A stretch of 64,000 nt of DNA from Candidatus Eiseniibacteriota bacterium (GCA_963762255.1 CAVXKA010000001.1:1280001-1344000); one strand, 5' to 3'. Positions 39,877 through 49,439 are shown, counted from the first letter of the stretch. Program-made: numbers and translations. Notes: generated by a model not told the origin, from the sequence alone.

Positions 39877-40878
39877 CTATCGAGGAGCCAACTTCTCCTC
39901 GAACCACGCGACCACTTCCCGTGAGGCCCGCTCGCCGGTCTCCGGCTGATAGCCATCCGATCCGCGAAACTCATGCCCGGTGCCGGGGATCGCGATTCGG
40001 CGGCACTCGACTCCGACCCGCGCCAGGGCCACGCACACCGACTCACTGGGTTCGGTGATGAACGGGAAGTCCTCGGTTCCGTGAATGATGAGGCACGGAG
40101 GGTCGTCGGACGATATGTGGTGGCGCAGCGACAGCGAGTCGAGGACCGATATTTCAATCTGCAGGGCGGGCAGGTTGGCGATCAGTTCCGGGAATCGCTC
40201 GGCGTCCGAGGCCAGATCGAATCCGGCCGGGTAGTAGGCCGCCACCGCCCGGACCCAGCTTGCTCTATCCGGAGCCTCGACCGCTTCTGCCGCTCCCTCT
40301 TCACCGGTCAGAGCGGTCTTGAGCGCCAGGTATCCTCCCGCGCTCGCCCCCCACAAGCCCATACGGTTGGGGTCCACACCGAACTCGGCAGCATTGTCGT
40401 GGATGAATCGGACCGCGTCGCGCACGTCGGCGACCATCTCGGGGAGTTTGAACCATGGGCTCCCGCCGTGCCGAACGTCGAAGACCGTGAACCCGGCATC
40501 GAGCAGGGGAGCGAAGCTGAACTGGGCGAGCAGGGGTATGGTCTCAGACTGTCCTTCCAGGTGAAGCTCAGCGGGCGATAGGAAACGGTATTCGTCCCGT
40601 GAGGTGGTCTCATACTGACGCAACTGGCCGGAGACGAAGCCCCCGCTGTTGACGAAGATCACGGCGGGGCCGCCGGCTACGGCCGGACGGTAGACATCGA
40701 AGGTCAGCGCCAACCCTGCCTTGTGGCCGTAGACCACATCCGGCGTGATGCGGATGCCGCCGGGCGGCGACCCTCCCGGCGGCCGTCGTTCCTCTTCCGC
40801 GGGCGCGGAACAAGCGGACAAACCAAAGCCGAGAGTCAGGCCTACCAGGATCCACGACGCCGAGAGTCGAGCCCCCAT
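39877..40878 (-). CDS. Alpha/beta-hydrolase (esterase) lipoprotein
   Basis: Lipobox LSAC. SGGF, GASAGG nucleophile elbow, HGTED and GHEF. Confidence 0.85.
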   Translation of the reverse strand: MGARLSASWILVGLTLGFGLSACSAPAEEERRPPGGSPPGGIRITPDVVYGHKAGLALTFDVYRPAVAGGPAVIFVNSGGFVSGQLRQYETTSRDEYRFLSPAELHLEGQSETIPLLAQFSFAPLLDAGFTVFDVRHGGSPWFKLPEMVADVRDAVRFIHDNAAEFGVDPNRMGLWGASAGGYLALKTALTGEEGAAEAVEAPDRASWVRAVAAYYPAGFDLASDAERFPELIANLPALQIEISVLDSLSLRHHISSDDPPCLIIHGTEDFPFITEPSESVCVALARVGVECRRIAIPGTGHEFRGSDGYQPETGERASREVVAWFEEKLAPR

Positions 40879-41163
40879 GACGACGCCCCTCCCTATGCTC
40901 ACGGTGAGATGAGTCTGGCCTCATTTCGATGCGACCGCCACGGGTTTCCGCAACCGTCCCTTTTCCGGAGCCCACAAGAGCGGCTGGTTCCATGCGCGTG
41001 AATACGGACAGAATCTATCCTACTTCCGGCTCATGTCCGCGAAGCGGTTAATGGATGGAACCATGGTGAGCCAATCCGGGTTATGCTGGCCAGAAACGCG
41101 CGCGGGGTTGAGAGCCTCCTGATGAGAGACACGTTCGACCGGATGGACGTTTGGGGAGGTGAG

Positions 41164-41745
41164 ATGAGTGGCTACTTCGTTCGGCGGCGCGCTCGCCGAC
41201 CTCACAAAGCAAGGTCATCTCAAGCCGTAAGAGCTGCGATCGGGATCTCCGGCTTGCTCATGACGGTTGGACTTCCGTTGGGCTGCGATGACGCGCCGGG
41301 CACGATTGATATTCTGGTGCGTCTGGAACTCCTGGGCGACGGACATGGCGGCCTGCTAGCTCGATCCGTTGTCCGCAACACCGGGAATATCTCGGTGAAG
41401 TACTTCCATGACTGTTGGTCTCGCGGTGCCAATCTCACGTTGCAGAGCTGCGGTGGGACCTATGTGCTGCTGTCCGATCCATGCAACCCCTTCCCAGGAG
41501 TGCCTTGCCAAGGAGGGGAGGAGCTCCTGGAGCCGCAACAGGAACTTGCACGCGAGATGGCTATTCCTGGCTCCATCTGGACGGAGACCTGCGAGCGTGT
41601 GCCGATGCCAACCGGCTGCTACGAGGTAACTGCCGATTTCGCCTATTGGGGCGACTTGGAACCGCCCGCCGTTCGCGAGACGGCCAGTCGACGCGTCAGA
41701 TTCACCTGGGAATCACCCAGCACAACCGTAGGAGCGACGGAATGA
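41164..41745 (+). CDS. Hypothetical Cys-rich lipoprotein-like protein
   Basis: GGAGG RBS, hydrophobic stretch ending LGC, Ig-like beta pattern. Confidence 0.55.
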   Translation: MSGYFVRRRARRPHKARSSQAVRAAIGISGLLMTVGLPLGCDDAPGTIDILVRLELLGDGHGGLLARSVVRNTGNISVKYFHDCWSRGANLTLQSCGGTYVLLSDPCNPFPGVPCQGGEELLEPQQELAREMAIPGSIWTETCERVPMPTGCYEVTADFAYWGDLEPPAVRETASRRVRFTWESPSTTVGATE

Positions 41746-41782
41746 GCGCGGCGCGATGGCAATCAGCTTGGGAGGTGTTTCC

Positions 41783-42511
41783 ATGAAGCGCGTATTCGGT
41801 GTGACCGTCATCGTGGCGTCGACGTTGGCTCTGGTCGTGGGCACGGGGTTGGCCATCCCCCCCGCATTCGCCGGCCCACCCGGCCCCTATTTGTCCGTGG
41901 TGCCGACCTTCATCACGATCGCGCCGGATGGAGGTGTTCCCGGCGACATCATCAGCATCCCGATCCAGGTTCTGGGCCCCCTCGGCGGCGTCGACGGGGC
42001 ATTCGTCACGATCGAGTTCAGCGAAGACGCCACGGCTCTGATCGCCTGGTCGGACCCGGTCCCGGTCGGCGCTGACGTTCCCGTCCAGACCTGCCCGACC
42101 CGCGTCTACGCCAAGGCTGCCAACACCAGCGGCACCGCGGTGTTCCACATCGCCGGCGGCGGCTGCGTGGTCGAGCCTGCGTACGCCGGCAACCTCTACA
42201 TTTGCGAAATCAAGGCTGACGACGTCATCCTCGCGCAGCGGGAAGTGAACTCTCCCGATGTGGTGAACGGCGACGGAGATCTTCCCACCGACGGCACCCC
42301 GCCGCTCGGCCCGGTCTGCGACGGCGGTCTGATGTCGGTCAGCCTGGCTGACGCCGTGTTCCACGCGCCGTTCTTCAAGACCGGCGCCTATAGCAAGTGC
42401 TCCGACCTGACCGCCCCCTACGGCGGCACGATCGAGCTCGGGGACGCGACCGTCGGCACCGCGTACATCAAGGCTGGGACCAGCGCGAGCTGCTTCGCCG
42501 GCTGTCCGTGA
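41783..42511 (+). CDS. Secreted protein with dockerin/EF-hand-like C-terminal duplication
   Basis: GGAGG RBS, signal peptide, SPDVVNGDG...VSLADAVF...CSDLT...IELGDA. Confidence 0.7.
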   Translation: MKRVFGVTVIVASTLALVVGTGLAIPPAFAGPPGPYLSVVPTFITIAPDGGVPGDIISIPIQVLGPLGGVDGAFVTIEFSEDATALIAWSDPVPVGADVPVQTCPTRVYAKAANTSGTAVFHIAGGGCVVEPAYAGNLYICEIKADDVILAQREVNSPDVVNGDGDLPTDGTPPLGPVCDGGLMSVSLADAVFHAPFFKTGAYSKCSDLTAPYGGTIELGDATVGTAYIKAGTSASCFAGCP

Positions 42512-42642
42512 CGTTCTCCCAGGATTCCCGGACAGATTACAAGTAGAGCACGGTCGTTCTCCGGCGCCCGAATGGGGTGCGTTGGCAGAGGCCGGTCCTT
42601 CACCGGGGGGAAGGAACGTCGCGGAGGCCCGGGATCGGGTAT

Positions 42643-42705
42643 CCTGGGGTCGCCCCCTGCCAACGGCGATCACCGTGGATCCCGGCACCGAGTTCACCTC
42701 TATCA
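42643..42705 (+). mobile_element. Short IS3-family transposase remnant
   Basis: Intergenic frame reads GRPLPTAITVDPGTEFTS, resembling the rve-domain motif (G)LPxxIxVDNGxEFTS. Confidence 0.5.
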
Positions 42706-42759
42706 AGGATGCAGATGATGACTCGGAGTCTATTCGCCAGATGGCGACGACAACACCGC

Positions 42760-44703
42760 ATGAGCATCCGCGTGGCACTTTGGGTCATCGGATCTGCGCT
42801 GCTCCTCGGAGGGCTACCAACTGCGGCGCGGGCCCAGGAGGATGCGTGGCCGGCGGTGAATCCTGCCGATCTCGCGCGCACCGAGGGCGAGATCGAGCCC
42901 GGTGCGCAGGCCGAGATCCTCCAGAAGATGGTTCGGATCGACCACCGCACCAGTACGATCGCCATATGGTCGTACCGCTCGTTCTTCATCCGCGTCAAGG
43001 TCTACACCCGCGCGGGCGTCGAGGCGTTTGAGTCGATCGAACTGCCGTTCAGCGACGACGTGAAAGTCGAGGCAGTGCAGGCGCGTGTCGTGCACCCCGA
43101 TCTGACAGCGGTGGACGTCGCCGCGGACGCGATCTTCGACCGAGAGGTAGTGAGGAAGGGTAGCAGGACCGCGAGTCTCAAGGTCGTAGTGGTCCCGGCG
43201 CTTCAACCGGGCGACATCGTCGACTACCGTTGGCGGGAAATCGACTCGCTGCCGAACGGGGTCTTTGAAATTCTCCCCTTCTATGCCGGGCATCCCATCC
43301 GTGATCTCCGATACGAGGTGAAGGGGATGGCATTTCAGGGGGCGCCCCCCCTCTGGTGGGAGGCGGTGAACATGGAGTCTCCGCCGCGGGAGGTGATCAC
43401 GGGGGGGGTGACCGTGTTTCGGGGCTCCCGCCTTGCCGCCGTCCTGGACGAGCCCCTCATGCCTCCGGCGACTTCCCTCGCTCCTTGGCTGTTTGTTTAC
43501 TATGCAGATCAGCCGGGTCTGGGAATGGCGAAGCGGTGGGATGACCACGCCCGAGAGCTTTACGACAACTTCGACCGGAAGCTGAATGGCGAGCAATTGG
43601 AGGAGACGGCCCGCGAGGTAGCGGCGGGAGCCACCGATTCGCGGGAGGTTCTGGCCCGACTTCACGCATACTGCCGCCGGCGGATTCGGAATCTGGACGA
43701 GGAGTCGGGGAACTCGGACCCGCCCCTCGGCTGGAAGCTGCGAAAGCCGGCGGAGATCCTGAAAAGCGGCAAAGGGACGAGGCAGGAAATCCGGTTCGTG
43801 TTCGCGGAACTGGCCCGTTCACTAGGCTTTGAGCCTCATCTGGCCGCGTTGTCGAGCCGGAAGCGGTACCTGCTGGGGCGGGATTTCGGTTGGCCCGGGC
43901 TCTTGGAGGGCTTCGCGGTGGCGGTGTCCCTCCCCGACGGGTGGGTGTTCACCGATCCGGGAAACCCGCTGTTGCCGCCCCTGACTCTCCCTTGGTGGAA
44001 CGAAGGGGCCGCGGCTCTCGTGGCCGGATCCGAAGGGGGGAGATTCTTGGAGCCGTCTCAGCGGACGGCGGCCGAGAACCGCGGGGTGAGCCGGTTGGAC
44101 GTGGAGCTCAAGCCGGACGGGAGCCTCGCCGGGGTGCTCGTGACGGAGCTTCACGGGCAGATGTCCTTGACCTGGATGCTCGACCATGGCCCCGACCGCG
44201 AGAGCGTCGAGAGTGCATTCGGCGCGCGGATCGAGAAGCTGTCTCCCGGCGTCGTAGTCCGGTCCCTGAGGTGTGAGCCATGGCCCACGGACACGCTCCG
44301 GGTTCGCGCGTCCCTGGAATGGCCCGCCGGCGCCCGGACGGTTGGGAACACCGTTCTTCTCACGCCATTGCTCGTCAACCAGGATCGCGAAGAACTCTTC
44401 CCCGCGGCGGAGCGCAGGTATCCGATCGTGTTTCCCTACGCCGTTGACTCGGTTGACAGCGTTTTCATTCGTCTGCCGGACGGGTACGCTCCGGTATCGC
44501 CGGATACGACAGAGGCGTTTGGCTTGGGCCCGGTGGGATCCTACTCGACGCGGATCGTCACGAACGAGGCCGGTTTGCTCGCGGTTCGGGAGTTCACCTT
44601 GCGGTCGACGCGATTCGAGACTGCCGGGTATCCGGCACTTCGTGACTTCCTCGGGAGGATTCGTGACTTGGACGGCATGCAGGTCGTTCTCCGGCGTCCG
44701 TAG
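42760..44703 (+). CDS. DUF3857/transglutaminase-like secreted protein lacking the catalytic Cys
   Basis: RVKVYTRAG, PALQPGDIVDY, KPAEILKSGKGTRQE, WVFTDP, RRYPIVFPY, YPALRDF. Confidence 0.78.
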   Translation: MSIRVALWVIGSALLLGGLPTAARAQEDAWPAVNPADLARTEGEIEPGAQAEILQKMVRIDHRTSTIAIWSYRSFFIRVKVYTRAGVEAFESIELPFSDDVKVEAVQARVVHPDLTAVDVAADAIFDREVVRKGSRTASLKVVVVPALQPGDIVDYRWREIDSLPNGVFEILPFYAGHPIRDLRYEVKGMAFQGAPPLWWEAVNMESPPREVITGGVTVFRGSRLAAVLDEPLMPPATSLAPWLFVYYADQPGLGMAKRWDDHARELYDNFDRKLNGEQLEETAREVAAGATDSREVLARLHAYCRRRIRNLDEESGNSDPPLGWKLRKPAEILKSGKGTRQEIRFVFAELARSLGFEPHLAALSSRKRYLLGRDFGWPGLLEGFAVAVSLPDGWVFTDPGNPLLPPLTLPWWNEGAAALVAGSEGGRFLEPSQRTAAENRGVSRLDVELKPDGSLAGVLVTELHGQMSLTWMLDHGPDRESVESAFGARIEKLSPGVVVRSLRCEPWPTDTLRVRASLEWPAGARTVGNTVLLTPLLVNQDREELFPAAERRYPIVFPYAVDSVDSVFIRLPDGYAPVSPDTTEAFGLGPVGSYSTRIVTNEAGLLAVREFTLRSTRFETAGYPALRDFLGRIRDLDGMQVVLRRP

Positions 44704-46605
44704 CGGGCTGGGGCCGGCCGTCGCTCTTCTACTCTTGCTTCCGAGTCCCTTGGCAGCGGCTCCCAGATGGGTGCGCGAGGCGATTTCCATGCCGAGCACC
44801 TCCCCCGACTCCGCTGCGGCGCGGGTCCGGTGGGACTCTCGCGAGCTGGAGTTCCGGGGTGGTGGGCTGTGGCGGGAGTGGCACCGTCGAGTGGTGGAGA
44901 TCCGGGATCCGGAAACCGCTCCGGCCGCGGCCAGGGCGATTGTGTCCTACCGCACCGACTCGATGCATCTGCGCGAATTCCGCGCTTGGCTCGTCGGTCC
45001 GGACGGACGCGAGACACCGATCGGGAACGACGAAGCTATTGAAGTCGCCATCCTGGACGAGACGATATTCAACGAGGGGCGGCGCCGTGTTCTGACGCCC
45101 ACTGGCGCGGTCCAACCCGGCTCCTTCTTCGCGTGGGAATCCCGGGTGGAGGAGCGGACTCCGTTCCAGGAGTACGGCGTTGTGGTCAGCGCGGAGTATC
45201 CGGTCGAGGAGTGCACGGTCTCGCTCCGAACTCGAAGGGATGACGTAGTCAGGTACTGGACGCGGGGCGTTGCGCCGGATAGATCGAGCGACGGATCGGG
45301 AGAGCATCGGTGGAGCTATAGACGCTTGCGGGGCGATTCGACCGCGGGGAAGGACGCTGCCCCGGTTACCGAGTTGATGGTGAAAGTGGTGCCCCCCGAG
45401 ACCGGCCCGGTCCCGGTGCTGAGTTCCTGGGTGGATGTGGCGCGGTGGCTTGCCGAGATCGCCGAGTCGTCCCCGGTGGATACTGCCGTGATCGCGGGAG
45501 CGGCCCGAGAAGCGGTGCGGGATGCCGTGTCTCTCGACGATTCGCTCCGAGCGCTGGCCGACCTGACGCAGTCCGTGCGCTACGTCTCGATTGCGATGGG
45601 AATAGGGAGTGGAGGAGGATACCGGCCCAGGCCAGCCGCGCGAGTGCTTACCACGCGTTACGGCGACTGCAAGGACAAGTCCAACCTCATGCGGGCGCTG
45701 CTCTCGAGCCTCGGGATCGAATCGCACCTCATGGTACTGAACGCTGAAGCGTCGTGGCCGGTCCCCCTGGAGTGGCCGTCCCCTCTCCACTTCAATCACT
45801 GCATTCTCGCCATCTGCGCGAACGGATTCTCTTATTCCAACGCCGTCGCTACTCACCCCCGCCTGGGACGGTTGTTGCTGTTCGACCCCACCGACGAGTT
45901 TCTGGCCCTGGGGTACCTACCGGCGGTCGATCAGGGAAGCTGGGGGCTTCTCGTGGGCCCGGACTCCGAGCCGCTCGTTTGGACACCGGTCATCTCCGCG
46001 GATGGTGTCCTCGTGGACCGGCTCGTCCGGATGAACGTGGGCGCCGAAGGAGCGATCCGCGGTCGCCTGATCGAGACCGTGACCGGTATCGTGGAAGCGC
46101 GGTACCGTGCGGCGAGCCGTTCGGACCCCGCAACGCTCAACCGGAACGTGGCGGAAGCTCTGGCGAAGGCGGAGCCGGTTTCCGTCGTCCTCGATGGACG
46201 GGGGGAACGCGAATCGAGGCCGATCTCGCCGCCAGCGGTGGGATCGAGCACCTGCCCGGAGGGCTGCTGCTCGTCACGCCGGCTCGGTTCTTCTCAACCC
46301 TCCCCGACCCCGCAGGGATGGACCAGCGGGCCGCGACCCAGGGAGGGGAGTGGAGGGAACGCCTGGTGCTTCGGTCGGGCCCGGGACTCGCCGTGGATGC
46401 AATCCCCGACCCGGTCACCATGGAGGGTTCGACCGGGAAATTTGAGCAGATAGCTATTGCAGGAGGAGATTCCGTGGTCGTCGAGCGTATATTCCGCGTG
46501 GAAACGGTGGCCGGGCCGAATCGCCCGGACCCGGAGGAATTGGTGCGGCTTGGTGAGGCGATCCATGAGGCCGCCCGAGCAGGCATTCTGCTTCGCAGGA
46601 ACTGA
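44663..46605 (+). CDS. DUF3857/transglutaminase-like protein with intact Cys-His-Asp motifs, frameshift near 46200
   Basis: VRYVSI, GYRPRPAARVLTTRYGDCKDK, FNHCI, LFDPT. GTG start after GGAGG. Confidence 0.8.
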
Positions 46606-46678
46606 GTCGGCTCGCATTGGCACAGTGAACCTGTGCTGGAGTTGGCCCTTCTGGGTCCACCTCCCCAACGCCGCTCCA

Positions 46679-46752
46679 GCAAACTCTTTGCTATCAATAG
46701 GTTTAAGGCGCGCTTCCCCGGGGTGGAGTCCTGCGACTCTCACGGGTCACAA
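46679..46752 (+). repeat. ~74-bp dispersed repeat, copy 1
   Basis: gcaaactctttgctatcaataggtttaaggcgcgcttccccggggtggagtcctgcgactctcacgggtcacaa. Confidence 0.9.
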
Positions 46753-46774
46753 GTGTGCCTACTCGAAACACCCG

Positions 46775-47995
46775 TCATTCGCTTGCCGACCGCACCGAGG
46801 TGGCGCGTCCTACCGAGCCATAGATGCACTTGTCTCCGGTCGCAGGATAGCCGAAGCGTATGTCAGGCCGGAAAGGCTCCGGGAAGCAGGGGTGACCTTC
46901 GATGCTCCAGCCGGAATAGAACAGCACGAGTTCGCTGTCCTCCACGACGACGGTCGGTGCCATCATGCCCCACTTGTCAAAACTCGCCTCCGGACTCAGG
47001 AGGACATCCGGGCCCGACCAATCGACGCCATTGGCCGACCAGAACAAGTTGATCTTCTCGTTCTGGTGGAATTCCCCGCCCTCCTTCTCCAGCGTGGTGG
47101 AGAAGACATGGTACGCGCCATCGAAGTACTTGACTTCCGTGATGTTGGCATCGGGAAGGATGTAGCCGCCTGACTTCGCTACGACCTGGAGATCCGGGCG
47201 GAACACCGCCTTGGCCATTCCGACCGATTGAATCGACTGTCCGGGTGCATCCGCGCTCTGATCGGGAAGTGCGAAGGCGACGCCGACGTAGAACAACTCC
47301 AACAGTCCGTCTCTGATGACCACGCTCGGTTCCTGCGTGTTGTTGTCGAAAGATGTCACAGTGAGGTTGTACGAGATCAAAGGCTCCGCCCGCCCCGTGA
47401 AGACAGCCCCGTCCGTCAGCAGCCGCTCACGGATCGACTTGCCCTTCAGGTCCAGCGTGGCGACACCAATCTGATACCGATGTGGAAGAGGCTGGCCCTG
47501 GTACTCGCCCCATGCTGAGTAGAAGAGATACAGCGTGTCGCCAAGGACCGCGACGTGTGCGGTCTCAACGTCTCCCCGATTCCATGGCTCAGAACCCCGC
47601 AGCAGTACAGGGCTGCCTCGGAACTCCCAGTTGTATCCGCCGTCGGACGAGAAGGCGTAGCCGATGCCGGCAGGCGCATCGATGATGTTGCAGGCGGCTA
47701 GATTCCCGGCGTCCCAGGAGTAGTAGTAATTCCCATTGGCCTTGCAGAAATACGTGGTGTAGAAGAGGTGGTAGCCTTCCGCGTCCTTCACCACGGCCGG
47801 GTCAGCGGGGAAGATGGGCCACCCTGCCGTGCCTGAACTCACGACGGGCCGATCGGCGGGGTCCCTCCCGAATGTGAAATGCGGTCCCTGCGGATTCCCG
47901 TCCGGAGGTCCAATCTTCTTGTCCCGAGCGCATGCCGGTGCGCAGGGGACCAGGAGCACCAGAGCGACCAGGGCCAGGAGCCTCCGCACGATCAC
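46775..47995 (-). CDS. Secreted beta-propeller glycoside-hydrolase-like protein (GH32/43/130-like)
   Basis: Signal-like N-terminus, ADPAVVKD..YHLFY, IGYAFSSDG, QEPSVV, SANGVDW, APTVV...LFYSG. Start uncertain. Confidence 0.7.
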   Translation of the reverse strand: MIVRRLLALVALVLLVPCAPACARDKKIGPPDGNPQGPHFTFGRDPADRPVVSSGTAGWPIFPADPAVVKDAEGYHLFYTTYFCKANGNYYYSWDAGNLAACNIIDAPAGIGYAFSSDGGYNWEFRGSPVLLRGSEPWNRGDVETAHVAVLGDTLYLFYSAWGEYQGQPLPHRYQIGVATLDLKGKSIRERLLTDGAVFTGRAEPLISYNLTVTSFDNNTQEPSVVIRDGLLELFYVGVAFALPDQSADAPGQSIQSVGMAKAVFRPDLQVVAKSGGYILPDANITEVKYFDGAYHVFSTTLEKEGGEFHQNEKINLFWSANGVDWSGPDVLLSPEASFDKWGMMAPTVVVEDSELVLFYSGWSIEGHPCFPEPFRPDIRFGYPATGDKCIYGSVGRATSVRSASE

Positions 47996-48230
47996 CGAGG
48001 GCTTCCTCGGGTGGCGGCAAGGCAGGGGGCGATCGACCTTCCGACCAGTCATTGTCCAGACCTCCGCGGTTTCGAGAGGTGCCACAAGCCGCCGAAGAGC
48101 TCAAGGTGTTCGCTCCGGGGCTCGTTGATTTGACCCCTTGGGAGGACTCCAGGTTGCGCGTCAGTCCATGGGTAGGTGGAGCTGATCCCAGACGCTCGGC
48201 TCGCCGGCCCAACCCTGAACGATTGCCCCC

Positions 48231-48304
48231 GCTAACCTTTTGCCATCAATAGGTTTGAGGCGTGTTTCCCCGGCCTCGAGTCCTGCGCTTCCCACGGGTG
48301 ACAA
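48231..48304 (+). repeat. ~74-bp dispersed repeat, copy 2
   Basis: gctaaccttttgccatcaataggtttgaggcgtgtttccccggcctcgagtcctgcgcttcccacgggtgacaa; 60/74 identical to copy 1 without gaps (hand count). Confidence 0.9.
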
Positions 48305-48540
48305 TGGTGCCAACTCGAAAACGCGGCCTCTCCGCTTCGGATCTCTCAACTGTAGGACGAAGCCGCCAAGCGTGGCGCTGCATCATCGTTTGGGGAGGCA
48401 GTCCAGATTGGGTCTCATCGAGGGACCCAGCGGCGGCACTCTCCAACCACCCGGCGGCGACTTCAAAGCAATTGCAGATCGGGTGAATCGTCCACTAGCC
48501 TTGTGCCACCGCGTGCCGCCAACTACACAGGGAGGGGTGG

Positions 48541-49179
48541 GTGATGGAATCGCATGCATCCGTGGTTGTCTTCCTTCTGGTGGTCGTCCTCTGTATGGTC
48601 GGCATCTCGGGCGCATCGGCCGCCGTGTTCACGATCCCCCCGGTCGCCGACGCCACCATTCAGCAACATGCTGGAGTGGACACGCTCGTTCAGACCGACG
48701 ATGTCTTTCTCCAGGCATTGGGAGTCGGGTCGTTCGACTGGCGAGCAGCCCTGGAGTTCCCGCTGGACGCGATCCCGACGGGTAGCACGATCACGTCGGC
48801 CGGGCTCAGGCTTCGCGTGGCGATGAGCATGGGGGACCCGGGAAACATCGCGAACTTTGAGCTGCACGGCTACCCGGGGGACGGCCTCATCACGGTGGGC
48901 GATGCCCAGAACGACACTCACTTCCTGCACGCCTTCTCGGATACCATAGTCTCCTTCACGGATCGCACCATTGATGTGACCACATTCATCCAGGAGCGCA
49001 TCACATCCGGAGGGTCCTACGTCGGATTCCTGGTCAAGACGGTTCCCGGCAGCATGGGAGGGGACGGCTTCGCCAGCATGGAGCATGAGAACGCGGACTG
49101 GCGCCCATACCTTCAGGTGGTGACCACCGCCGTGGCGGTCGACAAGTCGACTTGGGGGCGGCTCAAGACGCTCTATTAG
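48541..49179 (+). CDS. Secreted DNRLRE/CBM96-like domain protein with C-terminal TWGRLKTLY motif
   Basis: Signal peptide, PVADATI, RAALEFPLDAIPTGSTITSAGLRL, IDVTTFIQ, FASME...RPYLQV. Confidence 0.75.
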   Translation: MMESHASVVVFLLVVVLCMVGISGASAAVFTIPPVADATIQQHAGVDTLVQTDDVFLQALGVGSFDWRAALEFPLDAIPTGSTITSAGLRLRVAMSMGDPGNIANFELHGYPGDGLITVGDAQNDTHFLHAFSDTIVSFTDRTIDVTTFIQERITSGGSYVGFLVKTVPGSMGGDGFASMEHENADWRPYLQVVTTAVAVDKSTWGRLKTLY

Positions 49180-49230
49180 CCGTTGAGCGGGGTCCCGGAT
49201 TCCCACGGGGGCTGGCCCGGAGGTGGGTCC

Positions 49231-49300
49231 GCAAGCCTTCTGCTATCAATGATTTTGGGGCGCGTCCCAATGGGGTGGAGTCCTGCGACTCCCACGGTCA
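49231..49300 (+). repeat. ~74-bp dispersed repeat, copy 3
   Basis: gcaagccttctgctatcaatgattttggggcgcgtcccaatggggtggagtcctgcgactcccacggtca; aligns without gaps to copies 1 and 2. Confidence 0.88.
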
Positions 49301-49439
49301 ACCTTCGTGCCCCTTTCGGCGCTGGCCGCCCATCGCAACCTGATCTCGCGCTCTGCACTCCAAGACACTGGGGCCGCCGCAACCCTTCGGCCCTTCGTGG
49401 CGTAAGCTCCAGGGTCCCACCACCTCAGGAGGAGGCCGC

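Noticed and set aside
46679-49304. CRISPR array, attC sites or intact tRNA genes
   Set aside because: The spacers are gene-sized, there are no cas genes, no attC core ends, and no cloverleaf or T-loop consensus.
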